Positions 38,906 to 52,974 of a stretch of DNA of 63,813 nt are shown here, piece after piece. The notes beneath the pieces are model-generated. The model saw nothing but the letters and a program-made list of their open reading frames with translations. It did not search any database and was not told the DNA's origin. Origin of the DNA: Octopus bimaculoides (taxonomy: Eukaryota). Every line of letters starts with the position of its first letter. Position 1 is the stretch's first letter. Made by a program: the position numbers and the translations under genes. The stretch is taken from the NCBI RefSeq assembly GCF_001194135.2, contig NC_068984.1:39401398-39465210 (forward strand). The letters run 5' to 3'.

Positions 38906-40329
38906 GTTTTTGCGTATTTTATATGTTTAACACATTATATCATGTGACTCAACATGATGATGAACACAATTTAACATGGCTACCAGATGTCAAAGAGCTT
39001 GGATAATAAGTTAAATAATAGTAAAGGACAACAATTAGATGTCAAAGATCTTAAATAATAAGTTGAATTATTTTAGAAGTAAAGGACAAAATATCCGTCC
39101 AACACATGTGTCGGATGAATACTTTGTTGTGAGACTACGTCACTAAATTTGAACAGTTACTTACTGGACTTATTACAGCTTCCTTCTTGATGGTTTAGCA
39201 GCTGTTAAATCAGCTTTTTTCTTAATTACAACGACACGGCTATGATGCTGCGGACCACTATCAATGAACTGTCACTTGATTATCCAGATATGATGGATAC
39301 ATGGCTGTTATTTCTTTGTCGCTACAACAATTATGTAAAAAATAAAAACTAGGCAATAATGGTGAAAAATCAAGAACAGTTTTTTTTTTAATCAAGAATT
39401 ATACAAAAGCTTCTCTAAAATGTCTCTGGAACTTAAATAAATTTTAATAATAACATTTGCAAAAATCATAAATTCGTTCCATAGAAAAATTGATATTTGT
39501 TGAAAGGGGCAGATAATTATTTCAAAATCAGTCTATCAACTCAATAATCTTCTCAGAAATTACGTAAGAATTTTAAAAGACTGGAACGAAAGGACAGAGT
39601 GCAGATGATAGGATTTAAACGAGACACATTGATATCACGATTAGAATATCCTTCAATCAATTGATCTAAAGCATAGTACTGAATTCATTCAAGAGCTTAA
39701 AATGATTTCTAAATTTCAGATAGCTAAGCTGAAAAAACAGCTGAATTTAATGTCACTGTGTTATATATCAGTATAATCAAATATGTCTGATTCTAAATGT
39801 TTCTTTTGAGAATATAATCATATACAGTCCTGCATTTGGTTGATTTCTATCAAATGGGAGAAATGAATCAATTTCAGGCACCACGTCAAACAACAAAATT
39901 GTTTGATGGAATTGAAAATGAATATTGTGCAAGTGCTTATAAAATTGACATTGAGAATCTGCAATAATCAATGTAAAACTTAATACCCTTTATATTAAGA
40001 TGTAAGCTTACACTGCCAGTCATTTTACTGTGATAACTCAGAATATCTAGATAGATATGAATAAAACAACTTTTAATTGGTGTGATCTCAAACTAAAACA
40101 GCTTCATGAACCGCTCGTTGAAATTTTGGTTAAGTCTGATACATAAATGGAAACTGATAGATGTGTTATTGTTGATGAATGTAATTAACACAATGAATTG
40201 CTTGGTACGGATACAATGGCTGTTGATCTACTTTTCAAGTCAGACTCTCGAAATCATGTCTAGCTCCAACATACCAAAGAGAAGCTCTCCAGAAGTGGGA
40301 TAGCCATTGTCTTTCTTTAACACATCCAC

Positions 40330-40720
40330 AAATGTTAGCTTCCAAGTACCGTAATTTTAACATGTATGGGATCTCAGAGGACAAATCTTGAAACGTTGAG
40401 ATCAAGATACTGCACGTTATAGCTGGCAAGCGTCATTCTCTTTCATCGAAATGTTGTTGTCACAATCAGAAGACCAGCTTAGAGGTCAGTACTGCTCGTG
40501 CTTTCTACCCCCGAAGCATCCAGGCTATAGCACCCGTCCAGTTATTTCTCGTGTCCAGTAGTTAATAGTCACTCCTCTCCCCATGCAGTAAGATAGTTTC
40601 CACGACGAGGTTGCGCTTAATATTCTTGCTTGTACTCAATTCGCCATATATTTTTCAAGTCATGCAACGCCTTCCACGGTAATTACCCTTCCTAAGCATT
40701 GATTCTTTCAACGAAATAAG
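40330..40720 (-). mobile_element. RTE-like LINE thumb/C-terminal fragment
   Basis: VVETILLHG..LDGCYS.MLR. Confidence 0.55.
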
Positions 40721-41639
40721 ATCCAGACATTAGGGTTCCAGAAATCATCCACCACACTGATAGTACTTACAACTGTGTCATGGCTCACCCTAAAAAAAAA
40801 AAAAAGACGTTGAACCTTTTTTGGTTGATATGAAACCCCACTTTAGGCATTCTGCTTTAACTGCAAACTGAAACTTAAAGGAATGCTGCGTTGAGTGAGA
40901 TGATGCTGCCATAGGTATGGTTAACAACTGTATCTGCTGGCACACGACTCCTTATTCTGAGCACCAAAGTAATCCTGAGCTCTTCCTTATGACTATCAAT
41001 GGTTTACTTTGAAGACTGAAATCTCAGAACAATTTAAAATTAGCATTCTTCTCAAAGGAAATACCAGGTCAAGTTATTTTGAAGCAAGTTTATTGTTCTT
41101 AAAACCATTTGTCATAAAACTTAAAAACTAATTAATGATTGTCTTTTAGAAAAGATTCCCCTTAGTGGAGATAAATGCTAACGTATAGATAAAAAAAAAC
41201 ATTCAGATTCTTATGCAACATTCTCTTTCTGAGATAAATTATTTTGTTAAATTGTTTTTAAGGGAAGTATATCATTAACTAGAAATATATTCTAAAGCAA
41301 GAGAAGTATAACAACAATTAATACATTAAATGAGTCTTTTAAGAAGGACATTCTTCCAAAGGAAATAAATTTAGCGCTATATTACAAGGAGTAATCAGAC
41401 ATAGTGAAAATTACTTTAATAATATTATTTATAGTATGGTGTAGTGGTGCTAAAACGTTTGACAGTTGAGAGTAGGAGTTATCATAAAAAATATTGGATT
41501 TATCAGACAGGATAATCAATCGAACAAAGACAGGATGATCAATCGAACAAAGTGACTGATGAAGTGTCTTTTTGAGGATATAAATTGACAAAGGAGAGTA
41601 TAGTAGATTATCGATTAGTAATGAGGATTATGAATCTAA

Positions 41640-41990
41640 AATTATTATAAGCTAAAAATAAATAGAACCATTTACTGGACTTGCTAATTTCTATGGGAGA
41701 TAGATTGATCATTATTGATATCACATGTCAACACTAACACCACGTTGAGTCCCATTTTGTGAGGTATCCAACAAAACAAGTCATTTGAAGATATAAAACT
41801 TATGTTAGTATCAAAACCAGTGCTCCAGGTTTATGACGTCAGAAAAGATTATCTTAACAATTGATGCCAGTGAAAAGGCTATACCAGGAATACTTGCACA
41901 AGACAGCTATATTGCACAATATTTTTCAAGAGTCTTAATCACAACTGAAAGAAGACACTCAAATTGCTACTCTTTTACTTGTTTCAATCA
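41640..41990 (+). mobile_element. Ty3/Gypsy pol remnant (RT-RNase H junction)
   Basis: FTGLANFYGR..SFEDIKLML..PVLQVYD..LTIDASEKAIPGILAQ..YFSRVL..ERRHS. Confidence 0.75.
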
Positions 41991-42130
41991 TTTGACTGCG
42001 GTCATGTTGGAGCACCACCTTTAGTCGAGCAAATCGACCCCGGGACTTATTCTATCTGTCTCTTTTGCCGAACTGCTAAGTGACGGGGACATAAACACAT
42101 CAGCATCGGTTGTCAAGCAATGCTAGAGGA

Positions 42131-42181
<51 letters not shown>

Positions 42182-42405
42182 NNNNNNNNNNNNNNNNNNN
42201 NNNNNNNNNNNNNNNNNNNNNNNNNNNNNNNNNNNNNNNNNNNNNNNNNNNNNNNNNNNNNNNNNNNNNNNNNNNNNNNGGGCTTCTTTCAGTTTCCGTC
42301 TACCAAATCCACTCACAAGGCTTTGGTCGCCCCGAGGTTATAGTAGAAGACACTTGCCCAAGATGCCACGCAGTGGGACTGAACCCGGAACCATGTGGTT
42401 CCGGG
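41975..42405 (-). mobile_element. SINE family 1, full length, spanning an N gap
   Basis: Tail and head both recognisable. Confidence 0.85.
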
Positions 42406-42419
42406 TTCAGTCATTATTC

Positions 42420-43810
42420 AAACATTAAGATTTTACTTAATTTTTGTTTGATAATTTGCGGAAAGTGCAACTTCTGATGCAAAAACTTTTCTTGCTAGTA
42501 AAGATTAACTTGAAAAGTTTAAGCAGTTTCTTAATAGGCACAAAATTGAAATGGTTCATAAAGCTGTCAGTACTGATACAGGAGTGGTTACAATTATTCT
42601 GAGGAACTGAAGAAAATTATTGCTGAATGAGGACATAATATACCAGAATAAATGTGCAATGCTGATAAACCAGCTTGTTTTGGAAGCGCGTACACAATAA
42701 TAGTTACATTCCTAGCGAAGAAAAATCAGCATCAGTTTTCCAAAAATCGTCTGACGTTTCTTGTCGGAGAAAATACTACAGGTGATATCAAATTAAAACT
42801 CCTTTTTGTCAAATATTCCCTAAATCCAAGAGCTTTCAAGTGATATGCTAAGTTTAATTAATCTATGATTTGACGCTCAAATAAGAATGCTTAGATAACT
42901 TTGAACCTGGTTAGAAAAGGTTTTTAACCAAGCAGAATTTTCTCATATTTTTCTTCTTTGTCCTGCTGTTGGAAGGTGCAGTACCAGGTATAATATTTCT
43001 TTACTCCTTTCAGACAATGTACCAAGCGATCCAGCGTACTTAAAGCGATTTTTCTGAAAATGTGAGTGTAGAATATGACTCAACAATACAATTTCTTTGC
43101 TCCAACCAATGAATCAAGGTGTGATAGCTATCTGCAAGGTACATTATCTGAGAACTTTGAAATAACTCATATAAGAACAATTGATTGGGAGGATACATTT
43201 ACACTTAGCGACTCCTGGAAATAGTTCGACATTATAGATGCAATGGATATGTTGTCAAGTCATGGGATAAAGTGAAATCCTCACTTATAGAAGGTGTTAA
43301 TGAAACATTTGTTTTAAATATTTTCGTGACTTTACATGCTTTCTATCCGCAGAAATTCTGCATAAAGTTGAACAAGGTATTGTGATATCGGCAAATTATG
43401 TAGGTTTTGAAGAAACCAGAAGATGATGTGGTTAAGTTGCTGGGGTTTCTTAGAGAAAGCCTGTCAAGTGATAAAATATTGAATGTTAGAACAAGAAAAG
43501 TTGCAGGGCAAGAACAGAATTGAAAAGCTATATCCACTCCGTTACTGTTGATTGTAAGGAGTGCAGCTACAGGTTTGACATTTATAAAGGAAGATCTGCA
43601 CATCACTTTGTAGATAGCGATCCATTTCGTGACTGCAACAGAAATTACAAGAGGAGTTCTCAGTTCCTATAATGAACTGTATAAAAAGATGGTGCGCTGT
43701 AAACGCCAAATGACTTTGAAGATCTTCATACCTGCAGCAAATGCTGCTACTGTTAATCCATAAGACAGAAGATAACACCATTCTTCCTTCAAGTAACTCA
43801 TATTGCACAA
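42420..43810 (+). mobile_element. Tigger/pogo transposase pseudogene (DDE_1 region)
   Basis: CNADK..LFWKR..NRLTFLVGENTTGDIKLKLL..NPRAFK; LLQPMNQGVI; ..KRQMTL. Confidence 0.85.
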
Positions 43811-44674
43811 CCACCTATCATACAATAATCACCATAATTTGTGGTGAATACATACCATACTAATATATTACTTTATTCTTATCTACGCCGCCTCCGGGCG
43901 GTTTCCTCGTCGTATTACATTTACACAATTGCTTTCCAATTTGTGTAACTATTCGATATTACGTATTACTTTCCTTTGTATCCCTTATTTACCTAATTGT
44001 ACTTACTCGCTCAGTAAATAAATTTAAGGCGCAACTACAGTGCTCTGTGGACATTGCTCATAGAAATGGATTTTTGTTAATGAAATTTTCTACAAATACA
44101 TTTCAGATAGTTGTTGATTATGATTATATCGAAATTTGTTGTGAATAATTTGGGGGAAGGGAGAGGAGAGGAGTTTCGGATAATTCACGCGCCGTGATTT
44201 TGTTTTCTCATAACTTTCAGAAAAATTAGTATTTTCCTACATTTTAAATTTTCTATAAATACTTTTCAGATGGTGTAGATTACAGTTATATTGAAATTCA
44301 ATGTGAAAAATATGGGTGGGGAATATTTCATATATGTTAGCTTTGTTTCCTCATACACTTTGATGATTTAATTACAATTATGTTCAAAACATACTTTTTA
44401 GGCCCACGTGATCCCTGCTATTTCTAGAATACTAAACAACCACATAGAGGATGGGTCGCCTATGAGTGTTTAAAAGAGGGAGATTAAGCTTGCTGTTGAT
44501 ATTATTTGATGATGAAATATCATCTGTAAAATTATTTGAACAACCCATTTTGATGTTTTACCACGGGTGGAACTTACTTATAATGTTGAGTCTGTTCGCA
44601 AAGGTAGTTTCTCTTTTCCTTCTTATGGCTGTTAAACGTTCTGGATTCTTTCTAATAACATTTGTTATGATTGT

Positions 44675-44850
44675 CAGTAACATAGCTAGGGGTAAGGTGC
44701 GGGGGCTGTGATCCGCCTCGGTGACGCTTTTATGTAGGCGGTACTGTTTGGCCTGCTGTATAAACCTGCATAGGCTGTATTGCTCCGGGCTAGGTGTAAG
44801 GGAAAACTGAAGAGCTTCTCCAGGCAACATAAGCTTTAGCTATTCCACTG
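44675..44850. mobile_element. 176-bp hAT-type MITE
   Basis: TIRs CAGTAACATAGCTA / TAGCTATTCCACTG; 8-bp TSD atgattgt / atgattaa. Confidence 0.75.
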
Positions 44851-45389
44851 ATGATTAAGTAGTTATATTTTACTCATTTTAATTAGGAATGTAATCACAA
44901 AATAGCATTTATTAGTCAGTGTGTAATTAAATTTTGGTTTTGGTCGATTGAAACTATGAATTCTCTCACTTACCCCTTTTGAGAATCAATTTTCATTGTT
45001 GTTAATAAATATCTTTTTGATTAAGGTTGTAATTTTAATTAATTCAAAACTATTTATAATAATTATAAAATTATTCACCAGGAAAGCACACTTAGAATAT
45101 ATTCTAAATCATTATTTTGAATTTCCGAATGAGTGAATTTTCTTCATTCTAAAACTAATTTCTCTTAGAAATTATAGCTGTCACTATAGCTACCAAACAT
45201 GAGAGACACTCACTCAACGACAGAAGTATTGACTGATCTTTATCTTGCGTGTGTAAGAAGTTTACTTCTGTGTCTGTTCACATACATATATGTATGTATG
45301 TATGTAAAACAATTAATAAATGAGTGATAAATGATGTATGTATGTATGTATGTATGTATGTATGTATGTATGTATGTATGTATGTATCT

Positions 45390-46300
45390 TAAATCACTAG
45401 AGTCGCTGGTGCCAGTTTCCCCTTCCTTACTGGTAGCGCTATTATTATCTTTTCCTTTAGGTTCTTCTTTGGTTTGAGCTGTAGCTCCTATGTGGTTGTT
45501 TTTCTTTCTCGCTACCTGGTGTTTCCTTTTTGTTCTCTTATGATCTCTTCTGCCTCCAATTCTGTCATCCACTTTCTTCTCCTAATAGCATTTGCTTAAT
45601 CAACTAATCTCTGCTCAGTCACTTTAAACATACCCTTCTCTATCCAAAGTGTTAACATCCGTTTTCCATAGCCCTTTCTTTTAGGTTCATTTTCTAAGTA
45701 GAACTGTATCACTATCTTGTTTTCTTCGCCGGTTCACTTCCTCCTCCTTCTTGCTCTATTAACTGCTACTGGTGTATTGGGATGACAGCTGTGGTCAGTC
45801 TGCATCTTTACTGAACCACTGCCGAGCGAGAGGCCACCCCTTAAAGGTCCAGCTTCATTTTCGCAGTTACAATCAGAATTCTTCGGAAACTCCAATCCCC
45901 CATAAACTGGGGTAAGGTAACGTTCGTCACCATCGTCATCAGCGCTATCATTTCTCGACATCTGAAAGTTTCAAGCAACTTTCTATTGCACCATTTATTA
46001 CACCTTTGTGCTGGTGGAGTGGTGTGTGCTGCATTTTATGTGGGACGGGGATATTGTATTGTATCAGTACGTTTTGTTATGAGGTTTTGTTTAAGTTTTC
46101 TGTTGTTTAAGATTTTATAATGGGTGTTGTTTTTGTAGTGCAGGTTGTGTTTTTCTGTCGGATATCGGCCTTCTATGGCACATGGGTTTTGTTCATTTTG
46201 TTGGGTATTTACAGTATGAGTTTATTCTTGTATGTTTTTGGAGAGGTGCTGCATAGTAGTGTGTGTGTGTGTGTGTGTGTAACTCCTAAATTAACTATTT
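45390..46300 (-). mobile_element. Dong/R4-like LINE 5' end (same family as 24886-27750)
   Basis: MSRNDSADDD..CENEAGPL..MQTDHSC.. homologous to 25268-25850; lies next to (TAA)n at 46360-46512. Confidence 0.9.
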
Positions 46301-46359
46301 TGTAGTATTTATGATTATCCATCTGTCGTTCTTTTACTTGGTTTTGTTAAGGGTTCCGT

Positions 46360-46513
<154 letters not shown>

Positions 46514-46514
46514 C

Positions 46515-46900
46515 GTCTTCTTTCAGTTCCTTTTCCTTTTTGTTGCCGATTACCTCCCTAACACCTAGGACAGAGAAACGCACTGCATACATTTGTAGGC
46601 CATTAAAATAATCACACCAGATTGTTCATTTACAAAGTTATGTGACAGGAAAAGGCGGAAGAGAAATAGGAAAAAATATAAAATATAAAAGTAAACAAAG
46701 AAAATAAAGGGTAAGAAAGGAAAGAAAATTCATAGCGACAATGCTCTTTGCAATACGTGTGACGTACCAATTAATACATTCTTTTGCACTCCCTACATGG
46801 ATGGTAATCCAGGGATCATTCTTAAATAATTTTTCAGTTCCTTTTTTATCATTCCAAGTGCTCCTACAATCATTGGTATTGTAACCGTCTCGAGACTACT
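46515..46900 (-). mobile_element. Dong/R4-like LINE 3' end abutting (TAA)n
   Basis: LETVTIPMIVGALGMIKKGT..IGTSHVLQRALSL*. Confidence 0.8.
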
Positions 46901-47089
46901 ACTATGTGGTATAATTAAATGTTGTCTTAGTTTCCACTTTTGTTTTGTACTTGAGATAATCATAAATATGTCAGGGCTGGAGGAGAAAGAATGAGAAGGA
47001 GAAGCAGCTTGGTGAATAGACCAAATTACACAGGTCTGTCAATAGGTTCGGCAGATGGTGAGAAGGAAATCAACTATGGGGCTTCGCAT

Positions 47090-47274
47090 TCCTTATTATC
47101 GTTATTATTATTGTTCAGTAGTTTTATTTTTATAACGTGCTTTCACTTCACTACCGAGCGCAGCTCTGTGCGCCTTGGGTATGTGCTGTGGTTTGCTGTG
47201 GTGCTCTTATGGTTACTGTATTGAAAGTGTTTTGCGTAGGATGTGTGCTGTGCCCAGTAGTGCAATTTTCTGTA

Positions 47275-47285
<11 letters not shown>
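47090..47285 (-). mobile_element. Very short 5'-truncated Dong/R4-like copy with TAA on both sides
   Basis: IQKIALLGTAHILRKTLSIQ* plus 3'UTR. Confidence 0.85.
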
Positions 47286-47328
<43 letters not shown>

Positions 47329-47857
47329 GGCGGTGAACTGGCAGAATTGTTTGCACGCCAGCGGTATTTCGTCCGTCGTTACGTTCTGAGGTTCAAATTC
47401 CGCCGAGGTCGACTTTGCCTTTCATTCTTTCGGGGTCGATAAATTAAGAACCAGTTGCGTACTGGGATCGATCTAATCGACTGCCCCACAAAAAAAAANN
47501 NNNNNNNNCGATAGAATAAGTTCTAGGCTTACAAAGAATAAGTACTGGGGTCGATTTGCTCGACTAAAGGTGATGCTCCAGCATGGCCGCAGTCAAATGA
47601 CTGAAACAAGTAAAAGGATACAACAATTAATATTATTATTATGAAGACGGTGAGCTAGCAGAATTGTTTACGCGCTGAGCGAAATACTTAACGGTATTTC
47701 TCCCGTCGCTACGTTCTGAGTTCAAATTCCGCCGAGGTCGACTTTGCTTTCATCCTTTGGGGTCGATAAATTAAGTATCACTTGTGTACTGGGGTCGATG
47801 TAATCGACTGGCCCCCCCTCCCACCAAATTTCAGACCTTGTGCCTATAGTAGAAAGG
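47329..47857 (+). mobile_element. Two SINE family 2 copies (47329-47498, 47646-47857) and a family 1 tail (47509-47620)
   Basis: A/B boxes and core recognisable; insertions are in TAA-rich DNA. Confidence 0.85.
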
Positions 47858-47974
47858 GTTATTATTATGTTTTTTTTTCTCTTTTTTTTTTTTTGTAAAA
47901 TAGAATAATTAATTCATGTATATTTTGTTCTGCAAAATATGAAAATATCTACTGTATTTTTTTAGAGGTTAAAA

Positions 47975-48714
47975 NNNNNNNNNNNNNNNNNNNNNNNNNN
48001 NNNNNNNNNNNNNNNNNNNNNNNNNNNNNNNNNNNNNNNNNNNNNNNNNNNNNNNNNNNNNNNNNNNNNNNNNNNNNNNNNNNNNNNNNNNNNNNNNNNN
48101 NNNNNNNNNNNNNNNNNNNNNNNNNNNNNNNNNNNNNNNNNNNNNNNNNNNNNNNNNNNNNNNNNNNNNNNNNNNNNNNNNNNNNNNNNNNNNNNNNNNN
48201 NNNNNNNNNNNNNNNNNNNNNNNNNNNNNNNNNNNNNNNNNNNNNNNNNNNNNNNNNNNNNNNNNNNNNNNNNNNNNNNNNNNNNNNNNNNNNNNNNNNN
48301 NNNNNNNNNNNNNNNNNNNNNNNNNNNNNNNNNNNNNNNNNNNNNNNNNNNNNNNNNNNNNNNNNNNNNNNNNNNNNNNNNNNNNNNNNNNNNNNNNNNN
48401 NNNNNNNNNNNNNNNNNNNNNNNNNNNNNNNNNNNNNNNNNNNNNNNNNNNNNNNNNNNNNNNNNNNNNNNNNNNNNNNNNNNNNNNNNNNNNNNNNNNN
48501 NNNNNNNNNNNNNNNNNNNNNNNNNNNNNNNNNNNNNNNNNNNNNNNNNNNNNNNNNNNNNNNNNNNNNNNNNNNNNNNNNNNNNNNNNNNNNNNNNNNN
48601 NNNNNNNNNNNNNNNNNNNNNNNNNNNNNNNNNNNNNNNNNNNNNNNNNNNNNNNNNNNNNNNNNNNNNNNNNNNNNNNNNNNNNNNNNNNNNNNNNNNN
48701 NNNNNNNNNNNNNN
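47975..48714. other. Assembly gap (others at 42182-42279, 47499-47508, 59135-59487, 61395-61659)
   Basis: Runs of N. Confidence 1.
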
Positions 48715-49086
48715 TGAGCTGAAATATAGAAAAGACAAAGCTGAAGTGATGGGCAAAGGAATGGGATTTAGAGGATCGTGCTACACACGCGCACTTATTG
48801 ATAATCAATTTCTCTCTCTCACTCGCTCTCTCTCTCTCGCTCTCTTTCTTTCTCTCTCTCTCGCTCTCTTTCTTTCTCTCTCTCTCGCTCTCTTTCTTTC
48901 TCTCTCTCTCTCTCTCTCTCTCTCACTCGCTCTCTCTCACCCCCGCGCGCACCCTCCCCACACCCTTACACACCCACACTTCTTTCTCTTTCTCTCTTTC
49001 TTTCTCTCTTTCTCTCTCTCTTTCTGTCTGTCTCCCCCCCTCGCTCTCTCTTATATATCTGTCCCCTTAGCTAGCCACTATTTTTT

Positions 49087-49407
49087 ATGTGTATGATTTG
49101 TGGGAGGAAATGCTTGAGTCGTGCAAACCTGGTCAGCTATCAGAGAACTCTCGGGATTAGATCCATTGTAAATTGTGATATGGCTATTGTTCACAGCAGA
49201 ACATGTGCAACCAGTGGAAGGGTGTGCCTTTCAGTAGGAGTATTGAAAAGGCATGTCAAAAAAGTTCATACTGTGGCACCTGTTCCTTCTGCCAGCAAGC
49301 GCAGCTGTGGGTTATGTAATAGAATGTGCAAATCTTTCACTGGTCTCAAGAGTCATACAAGGTCCCACATTGTATCATTAATGACTCATTTCGGTGATCC
49401 TTTCTAG
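49087..49407 (+). mobile_element. C2H2-type triple zinc-finger fragment, probably an RTE-like LINE C-terminus
   Basis: CGLCNRMCKSFTGLKSHTRSH matches the RTE terminal CxxCxRxCxSxxGLxSHxRxH pattern; fingers 1-2 are degenerate. Confidence 0.5.
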
Positions 49408-49440
49408 CAATGGGTTTGCTTGCATACGAGAAAGCAGCTA

Positions 49441-49525
<85 letters not shown>

Positions 49526-50033
49526 ATTATATATATATGTAGATATAAATATAATTAAGGCTACTGAGAAACAGCACTTCTATGCCAGAGATAGACGTCA
49601 AATGACTCTATATTTGACGTTAATTCTAGATCGTCCGATTTCTGGTTTAGTAATACAATTACTTTACCGTCACCAGTAAAAAATACCAAAAGTACATAAA
49701 TGCAAATGTATATACATACTCATACAAATACATGCGTATATATACGAATAATACATATGTTTACACGTATATACGAGGCAAGTCCGATTATTAATCTCAA
49801 CCACGTGCGTATTTGATCAAACTAATACTGCAGTAAATATAATGATCGGAGTGAATAAATACATTGCACATGCATACATATGACTCTAAAACCTTTAAAT
49901 CTTTTTATTCATTTTCCTCGCTTTCAGCCTGTGCTAATGGAGTGTAAATTGAAGTGGTTTTAGAGTCATTTAGCATCTATCTCTAGCATGTAGGTACTGT
50001 TTCTCAGTACCCTTAATTATAATTATATCTATA

Positions 50034-50079
<46 letters not shown>

Positions 50080-50084
<5 letters not shown>

Positions 50085-50375
50085 TGAATCCAAACAAAGA
50101 AGAACAAACAAGAAGTGAGAATAACGCGTGGACGTGGTACAAGTACTGAATTATCAGACGCTCAGGAAAGGAAGGAAAGAGGATTTAACGTTTCGAGCCA
50201 AGCTCTTCTTCAGAAATAGAGGAAATAGCAAGTAGTGTTTGAAATGGAGGCAGGAACCATAAATGGAGGCAGTAACCATAAATCTCACGTCGGGAATTTA
50301 ATAATCCTGGTTTCAGGGAATGTTTGAGGATCTTTGCTCGCTCAGCTAAACATTGCTTGCAGCGTCCGCTCACGT
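50080..50375 (-). mobile_element. PLE 3' end plus pseudo-LTR
   Basis: SGRCKQCLAERAKIL..LLNSRREIYGYCLH followed by a hammerhead. Confidence 0.85.
50183..50217 (-). ncRNA. Minimal type I hammerhead ribozyme in PLE pseudo-LTR
   Basis: ATTT-CTGAAGA-A-[GAGC ttg GCTC]-GAA-ACGT-T-AAAT. Stem I ATTT/AAAT, palindromic ACGU stem III, GUU triplet. Confidence 0.8.
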
Positions 50376-50995
50376 TGATATGGGATCCTAGCCGCTCTAT
50401 GACCTGTGTAATGTAATGATCCAGTGCGATCACCCCACCAAACATAGGAAACCGAACATTGTATGATTATCGACATAACATGCCCCGGTGACAAGATCTT
50501 TTTCTTCTGTACTTTACCAGATGTAATAAGCTGTCCAGAACTTTTTCAAGTGTAATAACTTGTCCTGTAATTCTCCAGGTTTATAATCTTAAGAATATTA
50601 TTTCTCTTACTCGCATTTTCCCATTTAATAATAATTGATACACTTGATTTTTTGAGTAAGTGCCTCAGTGACAATCTCGATAAGCAAGGGTTTTCAGAAA
50701 ACGAAATCAATCAGCTAACACGTACATTACAAATACATTCTATATCTAATTTCAACAATGAGGATATGTATTTTTGTTAGAACCTAGTTCCTTCCTTACT
50801 GGAAGAGTTGAAATAATTAAAAATAGAACAGAATATACATACATACATACACACATACACACATACATACATATATACATATATACATACATACTCACAT
50901 GCATACACACACATACATACATACATACATACATACATACATACATTCATACATACATACATACATACATACATACATACATACATACATACATA

Positions 50996-51905
50996 GAAGT
51001 CGCACGACTCTACCGCAACATATCATCAGATGGAAGGATGAGCCTATATCACCAGAAGACTATGCATGGATATGTTAGTAGAAAGCTATGTGATAATAAT
51101 AACATCGATCATCAAAGCAGTTTATCATGGACGAATAGACGCATTACTACATCCCACTTTAAATGGTACGAGTTTGCAATCCAGGAACAGGAAATATCAA
51201 CCAAGTACCTGATGCACAAAAGGGATGGAGATGCAGAAAAAGCCGTAAAATGTGACAACAGATCCAGACTTTGAAGAGTTCACACTGAAGATATCACACA
51301 CATCATAAGCAGTTATCTACCGAGGAGACATGACGTTGTAGCTAGGATACTCTATAATGATATCCGTCGGAAGGATAATCCCGAGGACAAAGAAATATAA
51401 ACCCATAATACGGTAGAAGCCATAGCCACTCATAATAAAAAGGAATGCTGATGTAATGTACCAGTGAAGATCTCAATAAAATGTAAGCACAACAGACCTG
51501 ATATAATGATTTGGGATAGAGAAAAGAAACTGGGCACAGTTGTGGAAATTAGCTGCCCACTGGATGTTAACATAAAGCTGAGGATCTGTGAAAATGAGAA
51601 CATCTACGCTGAAGTATTGAGAAATTTGTAGTTACTCTATCCAGATTACAAGTTCAGGTTTATATCTGTAATTATTGGGGCCCTGGGATATGTAACACAC
51701 TGCCTAAATAGCAATTTTGGGAAATTAGGCTTCTCAGAACCAGAAAGGAGAAAGCTAATTCGAAGTCTACAGATCCAATCCATCACTGGAACTATAAAAA
51801 TCTGTAAAACTTTCCAGAAGTTTATCATTTAAATATATATGAGCATGTCTAGATATATATGCAGCTATATGCATGAGAATACATACATAAAACATACAAA
51901 TTTGC
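50996..51905 (+). mobile_element. 5'-truncated Dong/R4-like LINE inserted in (TACA)n
   Basis: MHGY..FAIQEQEISTKYL..KCDNRSRL..RPDIMIW..VVEISCP..IIGALG; (TACA)n on both sides. Confidence 0.9.
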
Positions 51906-52610
51906 ACATACATACATGCATATATACATACATACAAACATGCATACATACATACATACATACATACATACATACATACATACATACATACATACATACA
52001 TAAATGCATGTTTTACCCCGTAAGGGAGATACGTGAGTGTTGTATACATAAAACCGAATAAGGTATAGTTGGTAGAATTTAACTTGCGCGTGAAACAATC
52101 GAAAACCATGACAATCTCACTTTACTCTTTGAGTCAGCCAATCAGTAAACGTTCCGTTGCCATTCTCAAAACTGCTTTTAAATAATCACAAATACATTCG
52201 CAGACATACATACACGGATGCACACTCAAATACAATGAAGATTAGAATCGCAAAAAAGTTTTACGATATCACCATTCTTACATATATTTCCAAAAAACCT
52301 ATCTACACACAACTTAAATGAAACTTGGAAGCAGTAGAAAATATGTCCCTGAACTCGAAATTCATATGAAGCCAGTAGGGTTTTTAATGACTTTATTCAA
52401 GGTTTGACCTAACCAAAGACATCAAAATGAAATTGTAACATGATTTGGAATTCTCCGTCTGTGATCTCGAAATAATCCAAGCTACGAGTAATTTGGTAAG
52501 TTTTTCATTTTTGGATTCTTCTTGTCTGTATAATTTGAGAAATGATGCAGCGAATATGCAAGATTGAACAAAAGGTCGAAAGATTTGATACAAATAAGAA
52601 ATTACAAAAG

Positions 52611-52642
<32 letters not shown>

Positions 52643-52974
52643 TGGAGCATATCTTGCAAAGGACTGTCATGAAAAATGACTGTTCGAATAAAAAGATCTT
52701 AAAAAAGATCTTGGAAATGAATGTGTATGATTATGCATGCATACGCACGCACGCACACACATACACACACAAACACACACACACACACGCACAGCACACA
52801 AAATATACATAATACATACATACATACATACATACATACATACATACATACATACATGCATGCATACATACATACATACATACATACATACATACATACA
52901 TACATACAGAAAAGCATGCATATAGAAAACCCACCCGTTATTGAATACATACATACACATTCACTCAAAGAATA

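Noticed and set aside
38986-39095. ~52-bp imperfect tandem duplication (also ~170-bp period at 44080-44320 and ttttaagtggtgt x3 at 54355-54425)
   Set aside because: Two or three units only; ordinary slippage or subterminal repeats, not a CRISPR-like array
47962-48808. Long X-rich ORFs (also 59074-59560, 61204-61842, 42110-42428)
   Set aside because: Artefacts of N gaps
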